Positions 49,617 to 60,970 of a stretch of 64,000 nucleotides of DNA are shown here, piece after piece. Location of the stretch: the NCBI RefSeq assembly GCF_018350175.1, contig NC_058368.1, positions 108,564,001-108,628,000 on the forward strand, in the 5' to 3' direction. A model generated the notes under the pieces. The model did not search any database. It was not told the DNA's origin and saw only the letters and a list, made by a program, of their open reading frames with translations. Both the position numbers and the translations under genes were made by a program. Every line of letters begins with the position of its first letter. Position 1 is the stretch's first letter. This DNA comes from Felis catus. Taxonomy: Eukaryota.

Positions 49617-51264
49617 ATGACAGAAATTAGTCACTTCAAACGGCCACGGCGCGCGGGGCGGGGCGCGAGGCAAGACCGGCGTCCATTGGCTGGCGGTGAG
49701 CCGCATCACGTGGCGGCGCGCAGAGCAGGGGGCAAGGCGGGGGCGTGGGGCGGAGCTGGCCCCCATAGGCTAACGAGTGGATTCCCTCACGTGGCAGCTC
49801 ACGGGGCGGGGTGTGCGCGGAAAGGAGGGGAGGGGCGGGGAATAGAGGTGGTTGGGGAAGTGAAGGGGGAACGCGCTCGGGTCACGGTCCTTCTCCGTGA
49901 CGTTGGCTGCTGCTATCTGAGGCTACGATGCCCGGGACTTTGCGATGCAGAAGGCTTCGGCTCCCTGCACCCACGACAAAGCGGGATGCTTAGAGCTCCA
50001 CGGGCAATCGACCCTTCCCTGCCCTTCCCTCTTCAGCCTCCAAGGTTTTGTACCTCCATCCGGCGCCTGTCCGGGTTCGGTCGCCCCCTCAGCGGGGAAG
50101 GTGTTCGACCTAGGTTAGACTTTGAGTGCGGAGTCACGGGCCGGCCCGCGCCAGGCCGCGAGGTGTGTGGGCTCAAAGCTTGACAGCGCGTGGCTGGTGG
50201 AGAATCCTGCCCAAGACACCCTCCACAGCCATGACCTCCAGCAGAGAAGGCCTCGGCCAGGGGCTCTGGGCAGCCACCTTCAGGGTTTACCACAGGCTCC
50301 TTGAACCCTCGAACCCAGACACCGGGAATTAGCCTTTTGTGAGAGCTAATGATGGGAAGCTCAGGATTTAAGGATTTAAGCTTTATCTTAACGTCTATTA
50401 TGTAAGGGAGAGAGGAATTCTACAGTGGAATTGTACACAAATGGATTTGATGGGAGGAAAACCACTATCCAAAGAAAAACACATGGCTTGAAAATGACCT
50501 TACAGTCTTATTAAACCCAGGACGCCAAAATTTATCAGGGTTCCGATCAAACTGGTCTAAATAAATTTTCAGTACCCCCATTAATTCCCCCACTCCCCCT
50601 CCATAATAGAAATTTTTGTAGCGTGGGACGAAATTCTCTGACAAATATGGATGTCAGTAAATGACCGGTATGTGGTTGGAAGGCTGGATTTTAAAAACCC
50701 TTTTGAAAATTTCATTTAATTAGGCAGAAAAATAAAACAGTCTTTTCCTTGAGTGGCTACCAACTCCCACTAATTTACAGCTAGAGTTTAAACTCTAAAA
50801 TAAGTGGTCTTCTGTAGAAAAAAGAAAACAAATAGGCAGACTGACAATTTCGGCGGTTACCATGAGTTTCACTGTTGCAAGATTTTTTTTAAAGCACTAT
50901 TTATAGATAATCGATTAAGAAACTAATTTATTAATTCCACAAATGCGTAAGTGTCCTTGGTCTGGGTACTGGGGATCCAAAGTAAACAAAGAAGGCATAT
51001 CTAACTCTATATGAGGAGACAATAAGTAAGGTAATTTTAGACTAGTTTCTGAATGAGAACTAAGTAATGAAACCAGGGAAGTGGGGAAGGTCTTTCTGAG
51101 AAGGTGACATACAACATTCTGGGGTTAAGATTCATTTACCAAGCCCCATAGTTTACTGGGCAATACAGGCTCGAAACAGCAGGACAGTACATGTATAAAG
51201 ATAATCCTTGAGATTCTGGCACCAAAACAGAAAGATTTCTAATAAGGCAAAATGAACTATGTAA

Positions 51265-51570
51265 AGAGCTGACCTTTGAACAAGTGAGCAGGGGGCATGG
51301 GGCCCCAACCACTACAACCTCAAAAATCCAGGTATAATTTTTGACTCTCCAAAAACTTAACTAATAGCCTAATGTTGACCAGAAGCCCTATCAATAACAT
51401 AAACAGTTGATTAACACATATTTTTGTATTTTATATATATTATATACTGTATTCTTATGATAAAGTAAGTTAAAGAAAATATTAAAATCATAAGGAAAAT
51501 ACATTTATAGTACTAAACTGTAAAAATCTACAGATAAGATTCACACTTGTGTTGCTCAGAATTAACTGTA
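51265..51570. mobile_element. Tigger2-family DNA transposon (internally deleted)
   Basis: Degenerate TIRs agctgacctttgaacaa / ttgctcagaattaactg-ta; ctaatagcctaatgttgaccagaagcc motif. Confidence 0.8.
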
Positions 51571-52752
51571 TTTTTCTCCAAAAAAAAAGAGAGAAAAGAA
51601 ATGTGAATATGGAATACAATTTTTGTAAACAAAAAATGAAATCAATGCAATATTTAGAAGTGAGAATATGCACATCCTATAAGTCAATTAATCATTCATT
51701 TGGGGGTATATTATTTTGCTTTTATATTAGTAAGTTACACTAAATTAGTTAGAGTGGAAACAGACGCAAACCTGTGTGTATAGAACCAATGACACAAAGG
51801 ACTCATGGCTGGTCCATGACTGGCAGAGAGAAGAGTATTTCCTTGTCCTCTCAGAAGTAAGTTTCTAAATACAATAACATTGTGTGCTTTCATCTTGGGA
51901 AAAAGTTACTTCATGGATAATTATAGATATTAATAAGGGAAAGAACATGACTGTTTGCATAAGAGATACTTTTAGTATTCTCTAATCATGTAATAACTTC
52001 ATTTCTGTAGTCTCATTTAGATTTATGCTTAAAAGGTACAGAAAAAACTAAATTAACTTGCTATCATTCATCACATTTCCTTTATGTTGCAGTGTAATAT
52101 TCAAATTACATTATAAGAAAGCAATGAAATGACACAAGTTTGTTATGACACATAACTATACTTAATTATGCAGATTAAATTGAAAATAACTTCAAATTCA
52201 GTAACAGTGTATATTATCTTTTTTTTCTCTTTCACTTAACACTGCCTCTTCCTACAAAGAGGCTGAGGTGTCTTAAAGTAGGCTCTTTTACTTTAGATAA
52301 TCAGCAAGGAGGAAATGTGAGAAATGAAGTAATTGTTTTCTATTCATTAATATTATATGAATGTGTAACTGTTAGATTTAAGGCCTACACTTTCACTCAG
52401 GGATAGGTGATTCAGCCACCCCAAAACCCCAATAGCCTATGGGTCTGTGTCCACCTGCTTCCAGTAACATAAAAGACAGGGGCACTCTCTTCTGGTTACA
52501 GATACAGGAAAAGGTGGCAGTAAAACTGGAATCTATCTCCTTTAATCACAATACTAATAAGCATGCCTCAATTATGCTAAATTCTCATGAAACAAGTTCA
52601 GTTCTCACCAATAATGCCATAGAACAAGACATTCAGAATCAAGATGATCAAGTAAAACTGCCTGAGTAATACATAGAAGGACTCAGGGTACCTCAGTTTT
52701 AAAAACTCTTAAACCAACTGATGATTAACTGCTATATAATAAGGGAAAGGCA

Positions 52753-53145
52753 GGGGTGCCTGGGTGGCTTAGTTGGTAAAGTGTCTGACTCTTGATCTCA
52801 GCTCAGCTCAGGTCTTGATCTCAGGGTCATGAGTTCAAGGCCTGTGCTGGGATCCGTGCTAGATGTGAAGCCTACTTTAAAAAAAAAAAAAAAAAAAGAA
52901 AAACAAAAAAACGGTTTTTTTTTTTTAATTTTTTTTTAACGTTTATTTATTTTTGAGACAGAGAGAGACAGAGCATGAACGGGGGAGGGTCAGAGAGAGA
53001 GAGAGGGAGACACAGAATCTGAAACAGGCTCCAGGTTCTGAGCTGTCAGCACAGAGCCTGACGTGGGGCTTGAACTCACAAACTGTGAGACCATGACCTG
53101 AGCCGAAGTCGGATGCTTAACCCACTGAGCCACCCAGGCGCCCCC
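52753..53145. mobile_element. Short SINE (+, 52753-52910) followed by a young SINE (-, 52915-53145) inserted at its tail
   Basis: Tail-to-tail arrangement; aaaaaaacg(g)ttttt flanks the second element. Confidence 0.9.
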
Positions 53146-53199
53146 AAAAAAAACGTTTTTAAGGGAATAGCAGTAGTTTGAGTCCAGAAAACAAAAACA

Positions 53200-56100
53200 T
53201 TCATTTATTCAACAAAAACTTCTTGAGGACCTCCAAGGTCTCAGACTTGTAGGAACTGAGGACACAGTACTAACAAAAATACCTACTCTTGAGAACTTAG
53301 TTCTCAGTGGGAAGGGGCAAAATAAACAAGATGTTTGCAAGTTGTGCCAGGAGCTATGAACAATATAGTTGGTAGCAAGCATCTGGAGGAGGCCATACTT
53401 AGATAGAATGGTCAGGAAAGTCCTCTCCAAAGATGTGGGATTTAAAATGAAGTCTAAACAATGAAGAGGAACGAGCCATGGAAAGAATATTCTAGCAGAG
53501 AGAAGAAAGAGTACAAAGCCTCTGAGGCAGAAATGGCTTTGACTTGTTTGAAGAAGAAAAAAAGAGGTCAGAGAAGCTGAGTGCACTCTGGGAAGAAGAA
53601 GATGTTTGAGAGGTTACAAAGATAGATTAAATGTGATGGGAGCTATTGCAGGAGTTTAAAACTACAGACGGACAATAAATGGCTCTAGAAGATCACTCTG
53701 GATATTCTGAGAAGAAAGGATTATAGAAGAATAAAAATGAAAGCAGAAAAACTGTATAGGAGGCTACTGTGTATTTTCAGTGAAAGCAGATAATGGCTAA
53801 CTGGAGTTATTTTGGAGATACAGCTAATAGGAATTCTGATATAAGTGAAGAAAAGAAAAACCAAGGATTAACCCCTAGGTTTTTCCCTTAAGCATCTAAA
53901 TGGAAGTTATTTCCCAATAAAAAGACCAGGAAAAGCACAGACTTGAAGAAGAAAATCAAGCGTACTAAGTTTGGATATGTTGAGTTTTACTTGTCTATTA
54001 GACATCCATGTAGAGATTCTAAGTAAAATATATGGGGAGAAGACAGGATTAGAAAGATAAATGTGGAAGGCATTTAAAATAATGTAATGGATGAGTTTAC
54101 CTAGGGAGAATGTGTATGTGTGGAAGAGGGTCCAGGACTAAGATTCAACAAAGACAACACTTAGAGGCCTTGAAGAGAAGGATCTAGCAGAGAAGAATAA
54201 GGAGAGAAGAAAAAGTTCCCAAAAGAAGGAAGGGATCAACTGTGTTGAATGTTGCTGAAAATTTAAGTGTCCATTAGATTCGTCAACATGGGCATCTTGG
54301 TAAGAGTAGTTTCAGTGGAATCGTGTGCAAGAGTGAGTTCAAAAAAATAAAGGGTAGAAAGGAAGTGTTAAAGCAAGTATAGATACTTCCTCTGTTTTGC
54401 TGACATAGGGAGCAGAAAAAATGAGTGAGAGGAGATGGAAAGAGGGAAAACTGGTTTCTTTTTTTACGACAGAAGATAACAAAGAATTTTTTATGCTAAC
54501 GGAAACAATCAAAAAGAGATGGTGCATCAAGCACCTACTATGTTCTTGGTGCTAAGAGTACAATAACAAACAAGACAGGTATATCCTTTGCCCTTAAGAA
54601 ACCAACAAGTAGGGGTGCCTGGGTGGCTCAGTCGGTTGAGCATCCGACTTCAGCTCAGGTCACGATCTCGCAGTCCATGAGTTCAAGCCCCGCATCAGGC
54701 TCTGGGCTGATGGCTCAAAGCCTGGAGCCTTCCGATTCTGTGTCTCCCTCTCTCTCTGCCCCTCCCCTGTTCATGCTCTGTCTCTCTCTGTCTCAAAAAT
54801 AAATAAATGTTAAAAAAAAATTTAAAAAAAAAAGAAACCAACAAGTAAACAAGTTATTACATACTGTGATAAGTGCTTTTAAGGAATCAAACTTTTACTT
54901 TAATATAAAATAAATCAGTTTGAAATCCTGACCTTGAATTCTATTAGAATTCTATTCTATTCTATTAAAATGAAGGCCCTTTAAAATGAACAAATCAGGA
55001 GACTATAGATGCTGGTGAGGATGTGGAGAAACGGGAACCCTCTTGCACTGTTGGTGGGAATGCAAATTGGTGCAGCCGCTCTGGAAAACAGTGTGGAGGT
55101 TCCTCAAAAAATTAAAAATAGACCTACCCTATGAACCAGCAATAGCACTGCTAGGAATTTACCCAAGGGATACAGGAGTACTGATGCATAGGGGCACTTG
55201 TACCCCAATGTTTATAGCAGCACTCTCAACAATAGCCAAATTATGGAAAGAGCCTAAATGTCCATCAACTGATGAATGGATAAAGAAATTGTGGTTTATA
55301 TACACAATGGAGTACTACGTGGCAATGAGAAAGAATGAAATATGGCCCTTTGTAGCAACATGGATGGAACTGGAGAGTGTGATGCTAAGTGAAATAAGCC
55401 ATACAGAGAAAGACAGATACCATATGGTTTCACTCTTATGTGGATCCTGAGAAACTTAACAGAAACCCATGGGGGAGGGGAAGGAAAAAAAAAAAAAAGA
55501 CGTTAGAGTGGAAGAGAGCCAAAGCATAAGAGACTCTTAAAAACTGAGAGCAAACTGAGGGTTGATGGGGGGTGGGAGGGAGGGGAGGGTGGGTGATGGG
55601 TATTGAGGAGGGCACCTTTTGGGATGAGCACTGGGTGTTGTATGGAAACCAATTTGACAATAAACTTCATATATTGAAAAAAAAATAAAAAAGGAAATAC
55701 TAAAAAAAAAAAAAAGAAGGCCCTTTATATAATGCCACACTTCTATGACAAACATTTTTTCAACAAGTATATATTCTTTAATGTTTCATTTAGTTTTGAG
55801 GAGAGAGACAGAGACAGAGTGTGACTGGGGGGAGGGGCAGAGAGAAAAGGACACACAGAATCCAAAGCAGGCTCCAGGTTCTGAGCTGTCAGCACAGAGC
55901 TCCACGTGGGGTTCCAACCCACGAACCATGAGATCATGACCTGAGCCGAGGTCGGATGCTTAACCGACTGAGCCACCCATGCTCCCGAACAAATATTTTT
56001 CAAATACAATAATATGTTTAATGTGTCTGGCAGCTATGCTAGAACCTAGAAACGCACTGATGAACAAGATGTGGTTCTTACACTTGAAGAGCTTACAATC

Positions 56101-58200
56101 TAGGGGAAAAAAAAGAATTTGACAGGTAATTACAGTACACTGTGACAAATGCTATGATGTGGACAAGTACAGGATATCATGGGAATACAAAGACAGCCTT
56201 TCGGGGGAATTAAGGAGAGTTTTCTGAAGGAAGGAATGAATAGGGATTAAAAATTAAAATAGAAGCTAAAGAAGAGGATGTGGGTGGGGGAGTTGTGCTT
56301 CAGGCAGATGGAGCAGCACAGGCAGGCCTGCAAGCAAAAGAAAATATAAAAATTCAGTGGCATATAATATAATCTACTGGTAACACTGAACTAGATTAAG
56401 AATATTATGTAAAATAAGTTCAAAAGATCATACTTTATTCGGAATACACTGAAGAGCTATTGGGGGATTTTCAGCAGAAAACATGATCAGATGAGCATTT
56501 CAGAAAACTCCTTCTTGATGCGTTGTGGAAAATTAACTATAGGATAAAAGAATAAAGGCTGAGAATCTAATGGTAAGGCTGTTACACTAAAGCAGCCAAT
56601 GAAATACTGCCATGAATTCAGAGAATAGCCATAGGAATGGAGGGGAGTGGAAATACTAAGGAGTCTTTAGGATTCAGGACCAACAGGACTTCATGAATGA
56701 CTGCCTGTGAGAAAACAAGAGAAAGGGGGGGATTATGGATGATAGCCAAATTCCTGGCTCATATAACTTGGGTGGATGAAGATATCTAGCACTGAAACAG
56801 AAAACAGAACTGCTTCAAGGGGGAAAATAAGTTCAGGTTGGGGTATGTTGAATATCAGATACCATGAGAACCCATGCAGTAATGACAAGTAAGCATTTGG
56901 TTACACTGATCTACAACTCTAGGCAGTGAAGATGTTCTATATTACACATGATAGAAAAACCAAACTAAACTAGCTTAACTGAAAAAAAAAAAATGATGAA
57001 CTCTCATAATTTGACCTAAAGTAGATGGAAAGTTCAGGCACAGCTGCATCCAGGGACTGCCCCAATGATATCAAGAATCCAATCACTCTATCACAACTCT
57101 AATCTCTTTATGTGACCTCCATTCCCAGGCCTCCATGTGTGGACACAGGTGGCTCCAGCAGCGTTCCTTTCAGGTAAAATCCTTTCAGGTAAAAATCCAA
57201 AAGGAAAAAGGAAAAAGTCTATATCCCAGAATTTCCAGAAAAAAACCTCTGAACTTGATTCCAATAGAATCATTTTAGGTCATGGCCCCATTTCTAAACC
57301 AATCATTCTGCCAGAGTTGGGTGGGCTATGTTAATTTCCTTAAATCATTAAAGGCTCACCCCTGGAACTAAGAAGGGATCAATCCAACCTAAACCATATG
57401 GCTTGGAAATTCAAACCCAATTAGGATGGAGATAGAGGGGAATTAAAATATAATAATGAACAAGTGTAATTCCTTCACTCACGGACCTTATAGTCTAGGA
57501 AGAAAAAAACAGAATTTGACAATTGACTATAAGTATTATTATAATTATTACAATTAACATTATGATAATGGGCAAGTATAGGATGCTGTGGGTATATAAG
57601 GAAAGACAAGTAACCTCTTGGAGGACAGATGCAGAGACAATCACCACACATGTCTACTACCAATATCCATGGCAGTTACAAAGATTTAGGGTCAACTGCA
57701 AAAAGATAGTGACTGAAGTCAGAGATAGATGAAATCACCCAGGGAGACTGTGTAACATTAGAAGAAGCCCTACAATAGAACCCATGGAAGAACGAAAATT
57801 TAAAGACTGAACAGAGGAAAATGAACCTTCAGAAGAAAGAGAAGAGAAAGAGCTGGAGATTGGATAAAAGTCTGGAGAGTAATGTTTCAGAGAGGTCATT
57901 CCTTTCTGGAGGCTTTCAAGAAGAGAGCACTAGTCTGCATTATCAGTAGCTGGGAAAGAGAGGTTAGATATGATGAACACTGAAAAATACCCCTTAGATT
58001 ATCATCAAGAAGATTGCTGGTAACCTTGAGGGGAGCAATGTCAGTGGAGAATGAGAGTTGAAGCCAGACTCTGTGTGTATTGGGGGCAGGTGGAGGAGGA
58101 GGATGTGCTGAGGAGTGAGGGATAGGTGTGAAAGTAGCACTCTTTAGGAAATTTGGGTGTAAAAGGGTGAAGAATGGGTATGTAGAAGAACATAAGGAGT
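53200..58200. mobile_element. Fragmented L2 remnants with nested SINEs (54611-54833 +, 55775-55985 -), an L1 and a probable MLT1 LTR (~56915-57470)
   Basis: Purine-rich L2 motifs (ttcatttattcaacaaa, tttggatatgttgagttt, gatgaaatcacccagggaga); SINE TSD aagaaaccaacaagta. Confidence 0.7.
54984..55715 (+). mobile_element. Young felid L1 3' end (~730 bp)
   Basis: Uninterrupted ORF2 C-terminus (55043-55450), 3' UTR and A tail; TSD gaaggcccttta at 54972-54983 and 55716-55727. Confidence 0.96.
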
Positions 58201-58254
58201 CAAGGGAGGATTTAAAATGTAAAATGGGTCAACATTTTAAAATGCAGGTTAGAA

Positions 58255-58655
58255 TCTGCAACAACATGGATGGAACTAGAGGGTATTATGCTAAGTGAAA
58301 GTGGTCAGAGAAAGACAAATATATGACTTCACTCACATGTGGAATTTAAGATACAAAACAGATGGATATAGGGGAAGGAAAGCAAAAATAATAGAAAAAC
58401 AGGAAGGGACAAGACATAAGAGACTCTTAAATACAGAGAACAAAGGGTTGCTGGAGGGTTTGTGGGTGGGTGGGGGATTGCTAAACGGGCAAGGGGCGTT
58501 GAGGAAGACATTTGTTGGGATGAGCACTGGGTGTTATATGTAGGGGATGAATCACTGGAATTTACTCCTGAAAGCATGATTGCACTATATGTTAACTAAC
58601 TTGGATGTAAATTAAAAAATAAAAACAAATAATTTGAAAAAGTAAAAAGTAAAAT
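58255..58655 (+). mobile_element. Carnivore L1 3' end
   Basis: gcaacaacatggatggaactagagggtattatgctaagtgaa...; TSD aaaatg(c/t)aggttagaa. Confidence 0.9.
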
Positions 58656-59699
58656 AAAATGTAGGTTAGAAAGCAACAATAGAGTAGAAGATGTTGTAGT
58701 TAACTTTTATCTGGAAAGTCTGGGCATTATATCCTTCATAGAAACACATATGCTATATATACAATATGAGAAAAGAGGCCATTCACAAGTGAACAAAGCA
58801 TGATGAATTACACCTTGGAGAAGTGAAAAAACACTCCAATTAAAAATTTCTAAATGAAAATGACATAACATCTGCCCTTTCATGCATTTTTAACTATTTT
58901 CCTGGGGACTTATGACCTGAGATTTCTTTTTCATGAGGTATAATTAGAAAATTTTAAATGCTTGAAATTAATATTAGTTATACATTGAAGTAAGGGGTCC
59001 AGTCCCATTGTTAACTGTTTTTAGATCACAGACAACATTGAAAATGTGATGAAAACTATGGAGACCCTCTTTCCAGAAAAGAACTCTTTTTATAATGCTC
59101 TTCTAGGGAGGTTCACTGAAGGACCTCGAGACCTACCCACACATATAAAGTGAAGAATACAACCTTCTTGTAGGATTTGCCAACAGTAATCTGCTTTGGA
59201 CTTCTCATGTCTTCTAGACAGCAATCTAAAGCTTATTCAACTTTCCTTTCTCTTAATAATACTTTAAGTCATACCTCCACCCCTAAGCCTTGAATGCCAA
59301 TTGCAACTCCTTCCCTCTCACTTTTCTTTATGCTCTAGCTGATAAAACAAAGTGGATTTAAATAGTCCTGCCTTCAGATCCAGGCTCTGTCACTTTCTAA
59401 CTCACATCAGCCTGGTGTAAGTATTAACCTCTCTCTGAGCTAACTCTATTTTCCTTATCAGCAATACAAAGTAAGTACTTATTTCCTCCAGCCCCACTAG
59501 GCCCAGCCTAAGAATCAAGTGTCATTCTTTCTCCTAAGAACCTACCACCTGATTAGAAACTATCAAGTATAATTTGTCCTTTCCCTTCCCACTTGGATTA
59601 TAAACTTGAGAGTTTCTTTTCTCCTCACTGCTTGTCACATTTCTGCTTTTAAAACCAAGTTGTTCTGTTAGTTGAATACTGATTTAAAATTCAAATCTA

Positions 59700-59926
59700 G
59701 GGGCACCTGGCTGGCTCAGTCAGTGAAGCATCTGACTTCTGCTCAGGTCATGATCTCACGATTTGTGAATTCAAGCCCCAAGTCAGGCTCTGTGCTGCCA
59801 GCTTGCTCAGAGCCTGCAGACTGCTTCAGATTCTGTGTCTCCCCCTCTCTCTGCCCCTCCCATGCTCATGCTCTGTCTCTCTCTCTGTCTCTCAATAATA
59901 AATAAAAACGTTAAAAAATTTTAAAA
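59700..59926 (+). mobile_element. CanSINE
   Basis: Typical head, (CT)n tract and A tail. Confidence 0.9.
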
Positions 59927-60684
59927 ACATTCAGATTTAACTTGGTTTTAGCCACCATCTTCAATGATCTTTTCTACATTTCCTAGTAACTTTCCCGTAT
60001 TTCACCTCCAGATGGAAACGTGAAATAGAAATTAAAAATAGTTTTGTTAGTCGCTTAAGACCTTGTCAAGTAATTTACAAAAATATCTTCATGGAACTCA
60101 TCTTTAAAAATGAATGTTATACTGGTTACATAACCTCAAATTAATCCATTGATTTTAGAATTTTCTTTCATATTGAAGCAGCTTTGAAAATTTGACTTAT
60201 TTACTTTTATGTATAATAACATTAATAAACCATTAAGAATTACAATTTCACCAACAGTTATACAACTGATGTTCTCTGACAACAGAGCTGCTGCTTTTTA
60301 GGAAGGGCGGTGTAAAGACGCCACAACAAGTAATATCACACATACACAAACAGAAAAAATCCTACAGATAGTATTAGCTAAAGGTTTGAGGATGAGGTAG
60401 TATATCAAATACTTAGTGTATGATTGATTGTACATATTATACATTCCCTGCTTCAGCAAACTTGAGTATAGAGTTTCTTTCAGTCAGACCTGGAATTAGG
60501 TCTCTCACTCATGTGGTTTCAATTAAGTTCTGTTAAAAATAGCTTGTAATATAAGCATTTTCATTTTTAGTGCTTCAACAACTTTAATACTTTTAATTCA
60601 TACAGAGGACAAACTTTGGGAAAAACACAAAGGAAGTTACACAGTATTCTGGTACTTGGCTTTTTATAAACAGCTAAAATACCT

Positions 60685-60938
60685 AGTTAGTGTACAGTCT
60701 TTTAAGATATTTATTCTTATTTTACAATACAAATACACATATTTAAGAAGATACAGAAGAATGTCTCTTTACAGACTAAATTATAAGAATCTTGGTAGAA
60801 TTTAAACACCAGGATATATCACAAATAGAGAATTTTGATTTTTGAATTACATATAATTTCAGGCAGATATTCTGCTTTATGGACTTTGGCTTCACATTCA
60901 TGCATATCTTCAAAGTGGTGAAAATTCAGCCACAGCTG
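60685..60938 (-). terminator. MEIKIN: MEIKIN 3' UTR with poly(A) signal AATAAA (60715-60710)
   Basis: tttatt at 60710-60715. On the mRNA strand it is preceded by clustered UGUA motifs (ugUGUAuuUGUAuUGUAaaa). The sequence is unique and non-repeat. The cleavage site is estimated. Confidence 0.65.
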
Positions 60939-60970
60939 CTACATCCTGCCATTTGTTTTTATTATAATAT
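60939..60970 (-). CDS. MEIKIN: Meiosis-specific kinetochore protein, terminal coding exon ((D)IIIKTNGRM*)
   Basis: The minus strand reads ttattgtattttttctccag|AT ATT ATA ATA AAA ACA AAT GGC AGG ATG TAG, a strong acceptor. The peptide matches the recalled MEIKIN C-terminal motif PQDIIIK. MEIKIN is recalled as the same-strand upstream neighbour of FNIP1. Confidence 0.82.

Larger units (their letters stand above)
49100..50330. promoter_or_regulatory. CpG island / FNIP1 promoter
   Basis: Abrupt rise in GC and CpG content. Several GGGGCGG GC boxes (49655-49840), CCAAT on the minus strand (49685-49689), CACGTG E-boxes (49707-49712, 49788-49793) and TGACGT near 49898. No TATA box seen. Confidence 0.93.

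Noticed and set aside
49685..49714. CCAAT plus CCACG as a possible ER stress element (ERSE)
   Set aside because: Order and spacing fit neither CCAAT-N9-CCACG nor ATTGG-N-CCACG.
49395..50183. 262-aa + strand ORF across the CpG island
   Set aside because: Low-complexity R/G/P/A-rich translation, antisense to FNIP1 exon 1. Long ORFs are expected where GC content suppresses stop codons, and I recognise no domain.
57166..57198. Tandem cctttcaggtaaaat duplication resembling recursive splice sites
   Set aside because: Simple 15-bp tandem duplication in an LTR remnant, intergenic and on the strand opposite both genes.
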